Origin: Candidatus Obscuribacterales bacterium | Lineage (GTDB): Bacteria; Cyanobacteriota; Vampirovibrionia; Obscuribacterales; Obscuribacteraceae | Assembly: GCA_965228855.1 (NCBI GenBank) | Contig: CBDDIJ010000002.1 | Span: 832,001 to 896,000 of the forward strand | Direction of reading: 5' to 3' | Length of the DNA: 64,000 nt | Part shown: positions 19,935 to 29,104 of the stretch, piece by piece | Numbering within the stretch: the stretch's first letter is position 1 | Layout of the letters: each line of letters opens with the position of its first letter | Translations under genes and position numbers: made by a program | The notes under the pieces: generated by a model | The model's input: only the letters and a program-made list of their open reading frames with translations | Told to the model about the DNA's origin: nothing | The model's database searches: none

Positions 19935-20831
19935 ATGTCTTACGCTCGTGTGGAGTCAGGTCCGTCAGTGCTTGAACTTGTACAGTCTATTGAGTCGCTG
20001 CGCCAGTGGAGAGCGAGGATGCTCAAATCCGGCGATGACTCCGGTCGTCTCAGGCTCGGGTTGGTTCCGACTATGGGCTATCTGCACGAGGGGCACCTCT
20101 CACTTGTTGAGCGAGCAAGAGAGTCTTGCGATCTGGTAGTGGTTTCAATCTTCGTCAATCCGCTCCAATTTGGGCCAAATGAGGACTTCGAGCGTTATCC
20201 TCGTGATCTGGAACGGGATCTATCATTGCTTCGCGGTGCGAAAGTCGATTGCGTTTTTAATCCGACAGCCGAAGATGTTTATGGAAACGGTCATCGTCCC
20301 GGCACACATGTGGTGCCTCCGCAATGGCTGATCGAGCGTCTCTGCGGAGAGTTTCGTCCTGGTCACTTTGAGGGCGTGGCCACAGTGGTCGCAAAGCTGT
20401 TCAACATTGTCCAACCCGATATCGCCTACTTTGGAGAAAAGGACTATCAGCAGTTGCTGGTGATCAAGCACATGGTCAAGGACTTGAACATGAACTTGAA
20501 TGTACAGGGTGTTCCAATTGTGCGTGAGTCCGACGGGCTGGCGATGAGCTCTCGCAATGTTTATTTGTCTGAGAGCGGCAGAAAAAAGGCACCGATCATT
20601 CACGAAGTTTTGAGCGAGGTCAAATCGGCCGTACAGCGAAAAGCGTCTGTTCAAGAGGCAATCGCGAAGGGCAAACAAAAATTGATCGACAATGGTTTCG
20701 AAGTTCAGTATTTGGAACTTTGTCGAGCCGACACGCTGGAGCCGGCAAATGATAGCGAGAAGCCGGTGGTCATCCTGGTCGCGGCGAAGCTAGATAAAGT
20801 TCGCTTGATCGATAATATGATCGTTTCGTAA
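19935..20831 (+). CDS. panC: pantoate-beta-alanine ligase
   Basis: VPTMGYLHEGH, SIFVNPLQF, RPGHFEGVATVV, FGEKDYQQ, GLAMSSRN, RLIDN; start uncertain. Confidence 0.97.
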   Translation: MSYARVESGPSVLELVQSIESLRQWRARMLKSGDDSGRLRLGLVPTMGYLHEGHLSLVERARESCDLVVVSIFVNPLQFGPNEDFERYPRDLERDLSLLRGAKVDCVFNPTAEDVYGNGHRPGTHVVPPQWLIERLCGEFRPGHFEGVATVVAKLFNIVQPDIAYFGEKDYQQLLVIKHMVKDLNMNLNVQGVPIVRESDGLAMSSRNVYLSESGRKKAPIIHEVLSEVKSAVQRKASVQEAIAKGKQKLIDNGFEVQYLELCRADTLEPANDSEKPVVILVAAKLDKVRLIDNMIVS

Positions 20832-20838
20832 ACGCGAT

Positions 20839-21819
20839 CTAGAACTTCAGGGTTTTTTCAAGCAGCGATCCGGTCTTCGCGAGCCTGGATCGTTTTTCAG
20901 TAACCAGCAGCTCATCTATAGCTTGCTTACGCAATTCGGGTGTTAAAAAACCGCGAGCAAAATCACCGCTTTCAATTCTTTGTAGAATTCGTTTCAATTT
21001 ATTTCGTGTTCGATTATCGACGATTTCGTCGCCGGTCAAGGCAGAGCCGTACTTCGCGGTAGTTGAGATGGCCTCGCGCATTCCGTCAATGCCGCGTTCG
21101 AACAAAAGGTCCGCGATTAATTTGACTTCTTTGAGGCAAGAAATGTAGGCAAGTTCCGGTTGGTATCCGGACTCGACCAGGGTGTCGAAACTGGCTTTTA
21201 TTAAGGCAGGAACGCCACCACACAATACGGATTGTTCACAAAACAAATCTGTAACAGTTTCTTCTTCGAATGTTGTTTCGATTGCTCCTGCTCTTGTGCA
21301 GCCGATGCCGCGAGCAAAGGCGAGACACTTCTCAAAAGCGCGCCCGCTGCCGTTTTGCGCGACTGCAATTAACGCGGGTAAACCGCTGTTTTCTTCATAC
21401 AAACTTCGCAATTTTCTTCCAGGTCCAGTCGGCGCAACCAGAATAATGTCCGAATCGCTTGGTAGATGGACGATCTTGTTGTGTATTGCAAAACCGTGTG
21501 CAAAAACAAACGTTCTGTGAGATGTCAAGTATGGTTCGATAGAGTGTCGGTAAACATTCTCGATAACCTCGTCTGGGAGCAGGATTGCAAGAACATCACA
21601 ATTTGCTGCAATCTCTTCTATTGTTTGCGGTGCGAATTTGTCTTTCAGGGCTGCCGCTTCTGACGGGCTTCCGGGTCTGGCGGCGACGCGGACCGAAAGC
21701 CCGCTATCACGCAGGTTTAAGGCTTGTGCTCTGCCCTGATTTCCGTACCCGATTATTCCAATTACTGAATCTTGAAGTTCGCCGATTGTTGTATCGCGAT
21801 CGTAATATATTTTTGCCAT
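20839..21819 (-). CDS. ilvC: ketol-acid reductoisomerase
   Basis: IIGYGNQGRAQALNLRDSG, FAHGF, TTFEEETVTDLFCEQSVLCGG, ISTTAKYG. Confidence 0.96.
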   Translation of the reverse strand: MAKIYYDRDTTIGELQDSVIGIIGYGNQGRAQALNLRDSGLSVRVAARPGSPSEAAALKDKFAPQTIEEIAANCDVLAILLPDEVIENVYRHSIEPYLTSHRTFVFAHGFAIHNKIVHLPSDSDIILVAPTGPGRKLRSLYEENSGLPALIAVAQNGSGRAFEKCLAFARGIGCTRAGAIETTFEEETVTDLFCEQSVLCGGVPALIKASFDTLVESGYQPELAYISCLKEVKLIADLLFERGIDGMREAISTTAKYGSALTGDEIVDNRTRNKLKRILQRIESGDFARGFLTPELRKQAIDELLVTEKRSRLAKTGSLLEKTLKF

Positions 21820-22086
21820 ATATGGTGAGAACCCGCTTGAGACGCCGCCCCGAAGATTTTATCTTTGCGCGATTATACAAAAGTACTACTGGTATCACGC
21901 GACATGTAACAGCATCTTATATAGTATTGGTGCCATTTTTCAGTTGCTGGTTACAGGAAAGGTTAAACCTTCGGGAGAGGTCTTGTCTTCCGATATTAAC
22001 CTGTCTATTCTGTTCATGTGCGGTCGGCCACCTTAGTAAAAAACCGGAGTTTGATGGGTTTACATTAATCACTCCGCGGTCGGCGA

Positions 22087-23286
22087 TTGCGCATTTACGG
22101 GAGGCGTTTCGTGTTTTTCTCGGGACAAGTTACACCGAACTCGGTAGCCGGCGGGCTGGGCCAGTTGCAAGCTTCGGGCACTCAGGTCGCAGAGGTGTGC
22201 ATCATCGGCGATGGCGCAGCAGAGAGACTGGCTCTTGCAAATTTAGTGGGTGCGCACAAAGTTTTGATATTCGCAGACGGCATTATTAGCCCGTATCCGA
22301 ATCTTGAACAATTGCAAGTTCGTGAGTATGAAGTTAGAGAACGAGGCGCTGCCGTTTGCTCCCAGCGTGGTGCTACCAGGATTGATGTTAAAAACGTAGA
22401 CAGAGTGGATGATTTGCGTAACGCTGACGGAATCGTCATCGATGCGCCTACCACCAGATACGGTGCCATCGTCGAAAAACTCGCAGCATCGTTCCGCGAT
22501 CATCAAACTATCGTTTTGATAAATGCCTCTCTCGGAGCGGGTCTTGAGTTCCGAGCGCTACTGGGCAAGCATAAGGTCAAACACCAGGTCAATATTATTG
22601 AAACAGGAAGACTTTTCGATTCGGCTCGAGTTGAATCAGGTGTTCTTCTGATCTCCGGTTTGCGGCATAAAGTGGGCGTCTGCGGTTTGGAGCGCAATGA
22701 AACTCGGCGCGGTTTACCTGTGGCTAGCGCCGTGGTGAAGGAGATTGTTCCGTTCTCGAGCGTTCTGGAACGGGGTCTTACCGACGCCGAGCGCGTAGTG
22801 AGACCGGCAATTCTGTTGTCGGCTCTGATCGCTGATGACATGGAGCTGGCGGTCAATGCATCAGTCGTCAAAATTTTGCAAGCGTTAGATCGCGAAGTGC
22901 AAGGTCTGGCAAAATCTTTTCAATGTGTCGTTCCTGGATTCACGCGTAATCTGCAGGACTTTGCCTCGTTTGAGCCGGGCATGAACCGCTCCAAGTCGGC
23001 GACTCTAGAGGGCACCTTGTCGGCACTGGGAGTAGGTCTGTTCGGTGGAACAGAGGCGACCAGAGAGACCTATATCGAGATGTTAATCGAAGATGTATGC
23101 GAATCGCTTACTCTTTTGGCGGACATGGGAGTTCTTAGCCATTCCCCAGTAGGCGTTATCTCAAGCATCGTGGAAATGGCATCAGTTGTAGTTGGAGAGG
23201 ACCTCAACAAGCGCGGAAGAAAACTTTCGTCGCTAGGCTTGATCGGTTTTGATACTGAAGAAATCATCGAGATCGTTAACGCTTGA
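22087..23286 (+). CDS. opine (octopine/nopaline) dehydrogenase-like protein, degenerate
   Basis: Rossmann-like start VCIIGDGAAE, GAGLEF, SVLERGL, LDREVQGLAK, LIEDVCESL..LADMG, GRKLSSLGL; start uncertain. Confidence 0.65.
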   Translation: MRIYGRRFVFFSGQVTPNSVAGGLGQLQASGTQVAEVCIIGDGAAERLALANLVGAHKVLIFADGIISPYPNLEQLQVREYEVRERGAAVCSQRGATRIDVKNVDRVDDLRNADGIVIDAPTTRYGAIVEKLAASFRDHQTIVLINASLGAGLEFRALLGKHKVKHQVNIIETGRLFDSARVESGVLLISGLRHKVGVCGLERNETRRGLPVASAVVKEIVPFSSVLERGLTDAERVVRPAILLSALIADDMELAVNASVVKILQALDREVQGLAKSFQCVVPGFTRNLQDFASFEPGMNRSKSATLEGTLSALGVGLFGGTEATRETYIEMLIEDVCESLTLLADMGVLSHSPVGVISSIVEMASVVVGEDLNKRGRKLSSLGLIGFDTEEIIEIVNA

Positions 23287-23989
23287 GCGTTGTCTGGTTG
23301 AACGGTTGATCGATTTACATCTTTCAGATTCTCGCGGCTGAGGCAGGCGAGAATGGTTTTTCTGTAAACGAGAACGATTTCGTGCGAGGAAACGATTGCG
23401 GAGGGTATTCCGGATGACTGATTGCCGTGATGTCAGGTGCTTGCGCAGGTTGTCGCAATTGATCCTGTTGGCATGTGGGTTTGTCTGTTGACAAGCTTGT
23501 GAGGCTTGATTTGATTTCGGTTTCAACGCCTTTCGTTTTGCTTAATATATTGCGCGCTTTGCGTCACACTTTTGTTGTCAGTAGCAAGTGGTGGCACATT
23601 TGGTGCCCCATAAGCGGCTTGAAAATGATTTGAGCTCGTCCATAATTCGCTCAAGAAGATGGTTTTCAAGAACTTGAACCGACCTTTGCTATATCAATAC
23701 TTTTAAATACTCATTACTTTTTCCTGCCAACATTTTCGGCTTATCTCACCAAAGACAAGCACAAAGCCTCCTAACCACTCGTTTTAACTGTCACTGAGTG
23801 ACTGGTAGGGAAGCTGTCTTTTTCTTTCACGTGGAATTCTGCTCGAAGCGGATTCTACTCCGGAGGTCGCGTTAACGATTTCCGACTCTTCGCAAGGGAC
23901 ACGGCTGGTGCGTACAAGACAAGTGCGTTCCTCGCCTGGTCGTGAACATATACTCGGCTGCAAAGCCGCGAACGAGAAGGGCTAAATAG

Positions 23990-25123
23990 ATGCTCAAATT
24001 TACCGTGGCAAACTATCCTGAGTTACTCGGGTACACGAAAGTTTGTCAGGTGTCTGATGAGGACATCTGGCAGCACCTCGTGTCACCGATGACGAAGGGG
24101 CTTTTGGGAGGCATCGTCGAGATTCGACCTCCTCGAGTGATTGAGTCGCTCGAAGGTCTTTTCCCTGGCGACCACGCTGCCAACCTCAACGACCACCGCA
24201 TGTTCGGTGGGCAGCGAGGTTTCGTGCGTTTTCCCTATGTGACCAACTTCTGCAAAACCGAGAATGGTGCGTTCATCGTCAAGCGAGATGGCGTCAAGTT
24301 CGAGGTGTTCTGCTGGTTTGGTGACGTTGAGAAAGGCAAGGGCGAGATGATTCTCAAAGCGGGTCTTCGCGACCGTCGCTTTGACGGCACTGTGCGTGCC
24401 AATGATTCAGCTCTGCTCGATTATCCTTACGACGACCCGATTCTGCACCGTCCGCTCAGTCCGGACTTCAGCTCTCTCGAGTTGTCGATTTACGCTTTCC
24501 TGCCCGGCTCTCGCATCACGGACGTGATCAGCGATGCCGAGTACGAGCGCTTCGTGACGCAGCCCTACACCTTCTGCAACAAGCCCGAGGAATTCATCAA
24601 GTTCTTCAATATGGCTTGGGCGTCGAAGCGTGCTCCTGGTCAGCAGGCTGCTCCGATTCCGGACGTCGCTCCCTTCGTCCTGCGCGGTTTCCAGCGAATC
24701 GCTGAGGACCTGGGCTACGACTTCCTGGAGATGGCTCCGAGCCACTATCACGTTGCTCGCTGGGGACTCGGCGGAGACTACCTCTTCCGCGACCCGGTTC
24801 AGGAGGCTACGTTCAATGCGTTCAGCGAGGGACTGGAGCGCATTCGCGCATCCGGTATGCCGCTGACTCGCTCGCAGCAGTCGTGGGTCTGCGTTGTTCA
24901 GAGCTTGCAGCCGTCCAGCCGTATACCGGTTGCGCTGCGGCTCTCCGGTCCCCAGTGGCCGCAGGACAACATCGGACCCAAGGTGCTCTGGCTCTATAAG
25001 CCGCTATCCGAGCGCGCGAAGGGTTTCAAGCCCGCGCCGCTCCACGTGGCCGAGCCTGCTGTTTCTGTCGCTGGAGGTAGCTCGTCTGCCTCCGGTTTCG
25101 CTGTTGTTGCTCCCAAAGAGTGA
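23990..25123 (+). CDS. hypothetical protein, paralogue 1 of tandem pair
   Basis: 377 aa; shares NDHR, RFPY, LRDRRFDGT, PGSRI, PGQ, APSHYHVA.W, WPQDNIGP with the next gene. Confidence 0.88.
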   Translation: MLKFTVANYPELLGYTKVCQVSDEDIWQHLVSPMTKGLLGGIVEIRPPRVIESLEGLFPGDHAANLNDHRMFGGQRGFVRFPYVTNFCKTENGAFIVKRDGVKFEVFCWFGDVEKGKGEMILKAGLRDRRFDGTVRANDSALLDYPYDDPILHRPLSPDFSSLELSIYAFLPGSRITDVISDAEYERFVTQPYTFCNKPEEFIKFFNMAWASKRAPGQQAAPIPDVAPFVLRGFQRIAEDLGYDFLEMAPSHYHVARWGLGGDYLFRDPVQEATFNAFSEGLERIRASGMPLTRSQQSWVCVVQSLQPSSRIPVALRLSGPQWPQDNIGPKVLWLYKPLSERAKGFKPAPLHVAEPAVSVAGGSSSASGFAVVAPKE

Positions 25124-25127
25124 GCGC

Positions 25128-25165
25128 ACGGGAGTGTGGCAGTCGCCGCACTCCCGTTGATTTTT
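25128..25165 (+). terminator. intrinsic terminator
   Basis: ACGGGAGTGTGGC-AGTC-GCCGCACTCCCGT followed by TGATTTTT. Confidence 0.75.
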
Positions 25166-25241
25166 ATCAGCGTCCTCTTACTTCAAGTGCAATGGTTTCC
25201 CCGAACCATGCGGATAGCTTATAACACGGGAGACCCCTAAT

Positions 25242-26336
25242 ATGGCTAACCACAAATTCTCTAGCCCGAACATCACTGAAATGCTCGGGGTTACTCCTAT
25301 TGCTCTTGTCACGGACGAAGAAATCTGGACGCGGTTGGTCACGCCCCAGGTCAAAGCTTTGCTCGGTGACATTGTTTCCAGCAAGGTTGAACTCCGTGAA
25401 ACCGTCGATGGAACCTTCAATGGCGATGAAGTGACCAACTTCAACGACCACCGTCTCTACGGCGGCAAGGAGGGTTTCAAGTACATTCGTTTCCCCTACA
25501 TCCACTCGCACTACAAGACCACTTACGGCTCGCTCGTCATCAAGCGCGACGGCGCGAAGTTCAAGGTCCTCGGATACGTCGGCAATGTCGAGAAGGGTCC
25601 GTTCGACCTGATCTTCAAGGTCGCTCTGCGTGACCGCCGCTTCGACGGAACGGCTCGCGCCAACGACTGCTCGCTGGTGGACTTCATCGGTTACGAAGAT
25701 CCCACGCTCAACCACACCCTGCAGATTGCGGGGCTGGTCGAGAACGCGACAGCAGTCGAGCTGTCCACCTACGGCTTCATGCCCGGCAGTCGCATTGTCG
25801 ACGCCACTGGTGACGAGCAGCTCGATGAGTTTGTTCGCAATCCGTACCTGTTCGTCGGCAAGCCGAAAACCTGGCTGCGCCTGTTCAAGAAGGCGTGGAA
25901 GTCGAAGCGTTCGCCCGGTCAGAACGGCAACCCCGTTCCGGACATCGCTCGCCTGGTGCCCAACATCGTCGAAGCCATGGCTTTCGAGCGTGGTTACGAC
26001 TACATGGAAAACGCACCCAGCCACTATCATGTGGCTAAGTGGGCGGAGAGCTGCAAGTACTGGTATTCCGACCCGGAACAGGCTGCAGCCCTCAAGGCTC
26101 TGGGTGCCGGTATTGCAAGCGTCAAGGCAGCCGGCGAGACGTTGACTCGTCCGCAAGAGTCCTGGCTTGTCGCGATGCAGAGCCTGCCGAAGGAATTCAT
26201 TCCCGAGAAGTTTTACTTCGGCGGCGCCAAGTGGCCTCAGGACAACATCGGTCCCGAGAACCTCTGGATGTACAAGCCTTTGTCCGACCGCGCCAAAGCA
26301 TCAGCAGCTGCTGTTGCCGCGGCGAGTTCGAAATAG
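25242..26336 (+). CDS. hypothetical protein, paralogue 2 of tandem pair
   Basis: 364 aa; GGGAG RBS; same motifs as 23990-25123. Confidence 0.88.
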   Translation: MANHKFSSPNITEMLGVTPIALVTDEEIWTRLVTPQVKALLGDIVSSKVELRETVDGTFNGDEVTNFNDHRLYGGKEGFKYIRFPYIHSHYKTTYGSLVIKRDGAKFKVLGYVGNVEKGPFDLIFKVALRDRRFDGTARANDCSLVDFIGYEDPTLNHTLQIAGLVENATAVELSTYGFMPGSRIVDATGDEQLDEFVRNPYLFVGKPKTWLRLFKKAWKSKRSPGQNGNPVPDIARLVPNIVEAMAFERGYDYMENAPSHYHVAKWAESCKYWYSDPEQAAALKALGAGIASVKAAGETLTRPQESWLVAMQSLPKEFIPEKFYFGGAKWPQDNIGPENLWMYKPLSDRAKASAAAVAAASSK

Positions 26337-26344
26337 CGTTTCGT

Positions 26345-26392
26345 GGCGGCGGATTTTCAGGCTCACCCCTGAACTTCCGCCGCCCTTTTTTT
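26345..26392 (+). terminator. intrinsic terminator
   Basis: GGCGGCGGA...TCCGCCGCC followed by T7. Confidence 0.85.
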
Positions 26393-26399
26393 CGATCCA

Positions 26400-26556
26400 C
26401 TACTATATGCCGGCGTTGAACATTGTTGGAGGCGGTGTCTCGAAAGGCATGCTGTTACTGCGTCATGCCGATGCGGGTGAGACAGGCGGCAGATTTGCAG
26501 TGTCTTTTGGCAACGAGAGAGCGACGGATTTCGCGAATTCCGTCATAGTGGCGTAG
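26400..26556. repeat. left part of a CTACTATA/palindrome element interrupted by IS110
   Basis: CTACTATATG at 26400; palindrome 26507-26556 cut after ...GGCGTAG; continues as ACAAA at 27813. Confidence 0.9.
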
Positions 26557-26569
26557 ATAGTGTGTTAGG

Positions 26570-26575
26570 TGTCAA
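26570..26575 (-). promoter_or_regulatory. -35 box of the IS circle-junction promoter
   Basis: TTGACA overlapping the transposase stop; 17 bp from TACGTT (27808-27803) once the ends join through the CT core. Confidence 0.8.
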
Positions 26576-27534
26576 GCCAGAGTGCTGTTAAACCTGGAAT
26601 CGAATGGTTGTTTCGAGCGATATACAGCGACCATCATACGGAGAAGTTTGCGTGAGGCGGCACAAACAATTACTTTTCTGTTTTTTCCCTTTGCTGCCAG
26701 TCGTTTAGCGAATTCAGCCACTGGCGGATTAAACCGAGTGGCGGTAAGGGCGGCCATGTACAACATGCTGCGGATCACTGGATTTCCCATCTTCGAAATT
26801 CTGGAACGTCCTCGGACTGAAGAACCGGACTCACGGATCATGGGATTCAGACCACAGAATGCTTCGATCTGGCGCAAGCTCGTAAACGAGTCCATCATCG
26901 ACAGTTCTGAGAGAAACGTGAATGCTGTTCTCCAGCCGACGCCCTTAATCGTCTGGAGTAATTTAGCGTTGCTTTTCAAAGCAGGATTCTCGGAGACCAG
27001 CGTCTTCGCCAGCTTTTCCAGTGTTTGAATTTCGTTGGTAATGAACTTCAACATACGCATCTGAGAGTCTAAAGCGCGCTGGTCCAGGCGTCCCGATTTC
27101 ATTCGATTTGTGACTTGGGTTTTGGTTTTCTTTAGCGCAGCGAGCTCTCTACAAATGTCTCTCAGGGAGCGAATGTCAGGATCCATCGGAGACCAAGGAA
27201 GGGGCTCCATTTTAAAACAAAAGTCGGCGATGATTTCCGCATCGATTGCGTCGGTTTTTGAACGTCTAAATTGGCTCTTGCCGAAGGCGTGTATCAGCGC
27301 TGGATTTACCACGCTGACTCGATAGCCAAGTTTGTGTAGAAACTCCGCAAGGGGCTCCCAGAGCTTCCCCGTAGCTTCCATGCAAAAGTGAACATCCTTA
27401 CCGGATGCTTGAATCCATTTGACTATTCTCTTGAACCCAGCTGGGTTATTGCTGACGTGCAGCTTCGAATTCTTCCTGTCCTGGCGATGGCAGTCTAACG
27501 TCTCCTTCGATACGTCGATTCCAACAAAGATCAT
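26572..27534 (-). CDS. IS110 DEDD recombinase/transposase
   Basis: GIDVSK, CMEATG, KTDAIDA (DEDD) and GLNPMIRESGSSVRGRSRISKMGN (catalytic Ser loop); AGGAG RBS. Confidence 0.97.
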   Translation of the reverse strand: MIFVGIDVSKETLDCHRQDRKNSKLHVSNNPAGFKRIVKWIQASGKDVHFCMEATGKLWEPLAEFLHKLGYRVSVVNPALIHAFGKSQFRRSKTDAIDAEIIADFCFKMEPLPWSPMDPDIRSLRDICRELAALKKTKTQVTNRMKSGRLDQRALDSQMRMLKFITNEIQTLEKLAKTLVSENPALKSNAKLLQTIKGVGWRTAFTFLSELSMMDSFTSLRQIEAFCGLNPMIRESGSSVRGRSRISKMGNPVIRSMLYMAALTATRFNPPVAEFAKRLAAKGKNRKVIVCAASRKLLRMMVAVYRSKQPFDSRFNSTLA

Positions 27535-27577
27535 TGCTCCTACCTCCTGTTGCTGGTTCGCTTGGACGCGGATAGAA

Positions 27578-27796
27578 TCTTGTCAGGGCGAGCCTTGTTT
27601 ACACGTGCTAAATCGGTCAGGATTTGCTGTAGATAGTGTTCAGCCTTAGAGGACAAGACAGGAGCGGAAGTCCGAAATCTACGCCTCTGACTTTCTAGCC
27701 GGAGACAAAATACTGGTTTCTTCCGCTCCTCTATCCTCGCGTCCTCGGATAGCCTTGCCGACTGCACGCTCCTGGTCAACAGCAACGTACCAGTCA
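27578..27796 (-). ncRNA. IS110 bridge RNA (ends approximate)
   Basis: 5' hairpin 27731-27752; target loop closed by 11-bp stem 27660-27670/27720-27730 with guides ATTTTGTCT and GGCGTAGA; donor loop closed by TCTTGTC/GACAAGA with guides ACACTATCT and ACAAG. Confidence 0.9.
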
Positions 27797-27802
27797 ACAT
27801 CT

Positions 27803-27808
27803 AACGTA
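27803..27808 (-). promoter_or_regulatory. -10 box of the IS circle-junction promoter
   Basis: TACGTT two bases inside the left end. Confidence 0.7.
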
Positions 27809-27812
27809 CAAG

Positions 27813-27900
27813 ACAAATATGAGGACCGTTTCGCGGTCGAAGTGCAAATCCCCGAGCCATGTGGCTTTGGGCATCTCGAAGGTGTGGAGTTTTATAGTAG
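27813..27900. repeat. right part of the interrupted CTACTATA/palindrome element
   Basis: Begins ACAAA and ends TATAGTAG at 27900; reconstituted length 245 bp, matching other copies. Confidence 0.88.
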
Positions 27901-27936
27901 GATTGGCCGGCAGGTTCAAAATCCCGGGACTGCCGC

Positions 27937-28746
27937 TTACTTCGCTGATTCGGCGACTTCTTTGTCGGAACCTTGACCGCCCGAATTAGTTCCACCCTCA
28001 GCGGCGGCATAGCGCACTACAATCATGGTGACGTTGTCCGGGGCGCCGCCATCGAGTGTTGCCTTGAGAAGCTTTTCGCAGGCGTCCTTTGGTGTTTCAC
28101 AGGTGGCTACGATTTCGCCGATGTTTTCGTCCAGAACAACTGTGGATAGACCGTCACTCGACAGAATGAGCCAATCTCCGGGCTTCATCTCTGCTGGAGT
28201 TCTATCAATCTCGACTTTAGCTTTGTGACCGACGCATCGAGTGAGATAGTGGCGGAACGGGCTGTTGCGAAGCTGTTCTTCGCTCATTCGTCCTTGCAAC
28301 ACCATCTCCATGACCACCGAATGATCCTGAGTAAGCACGACGGTTTTGCCCTCGCGAATCAGGTAAGCACGCGAGTCTCCGACGTGCGCGATTTGCAGAC
28401 TTCCATCGGGACAATGGATTGCCGCGACAATTGTTGTACCCATGTCCTTCACTGCAGGGTCGGCTGCTGCTGCATCAAACACATCCTGGTTGGCGTTCGA
28501 AACCGCCTCCACGAGCCATGCTTGAATGGTATTGGCGTCGACCGAATTCGGTTGACGCTCGTTCCATAACTTTTCAACTGCGAGAATCGCAAGCTTGCTG
28601 GCTTTACTTCCGCCTTTCATGCCGCCCATCCCGTCAGCGACTACGAGGAGTCGATTGTCGGAACTCACAAACATATTGTCCTGATTTTCGGTTCTCTTGA
28701 TTCCAGGATCAGTGACGGAGGCAACCTGCCACGAAACTTTAGTCAT
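27937..28746 (-). CDS. PP2C-family Ser/Thr phosphatase (Stp1/PrpC-like)
   Basis: RTENQD, VADGMGG, MGTT, AHVGDSRAY, TQDHS, SSDGL, GGAPDNVT. Confidence 0.96.
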   Translation of the reverse strand: MTKVSWQVASVTDPGIKRTENQDNMFVSSDNRLLVVADGMGGMKGGSKASKLAILAVEKLWNERQPNSVDANTIQAWLVEAVSNANQDVFDAAAADPAVKDMGTTIVAAIHCPDGSLQIAHVGDSRAYLIREGKTVVLTQDHSVVMEMVLQGRMSEEQLRNSPFRHYLTRCVGHKAKVEIDRTPAEMKPGDWLILSSDGLSTVVLDENIGEIVATCETPKDACEKLLKATLDGGAPDNVTMIVVRYAAAEGGTNSGGQGSDKEVAESAK

Positions 28747-29104
28747 CGTTTCCCCTGCAAACGAGTGTGTACTTCGGTACTGAGTTTATACCCCAGTGCA
28801 TATAGCCACTATCCCAAATTTCATAGAAAAAGAAACTCCTGTCATGGGTGATTGCCAAGGTGTTAAGAGGGTGGCGTTGTTCGCGCAGCGCCGCCATAAG
28901 GTATAGATTCATTGCGAGGAGTAGGTAGTGAGCTGTAACAAAAGTTTCTTGAGTCCAGGATCTGATCTCTTCTAAAAATAGTCGTTACTCAACCCAACCC
29001 CGACACCCTTTTGCTCCTGGTCCGATAAACCGAGAATCACAATCAATGCTGATAAACCGACCGAGACGGTTGGTGGGTGTCGCATTTGCTGAACGGAGTT
29101 TGGC

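Larger units (their letters stand above)
26555..27812 (-). mobile_element. IS110-family (IS621-like) insertion sequence, complete, 1256 bp plus duplicated CT core
   Basis: Minus-strand junctions TATTTGT-CT-TGTAC (27819-27806) and ACACTAT-CT-ACGCC (26563-26550); removal restores the repeat end GCGTAGACAAA; long left non-coding end and very short right end; no terminal IRs. Confidence 0.95.

Noticed and set aside
27540..27800. 86-aa ORF in the IS110 left end
   Set aside because: It overlaps the bridge RNA structure, has no RBS or motif, and the region is explained as non-coding.
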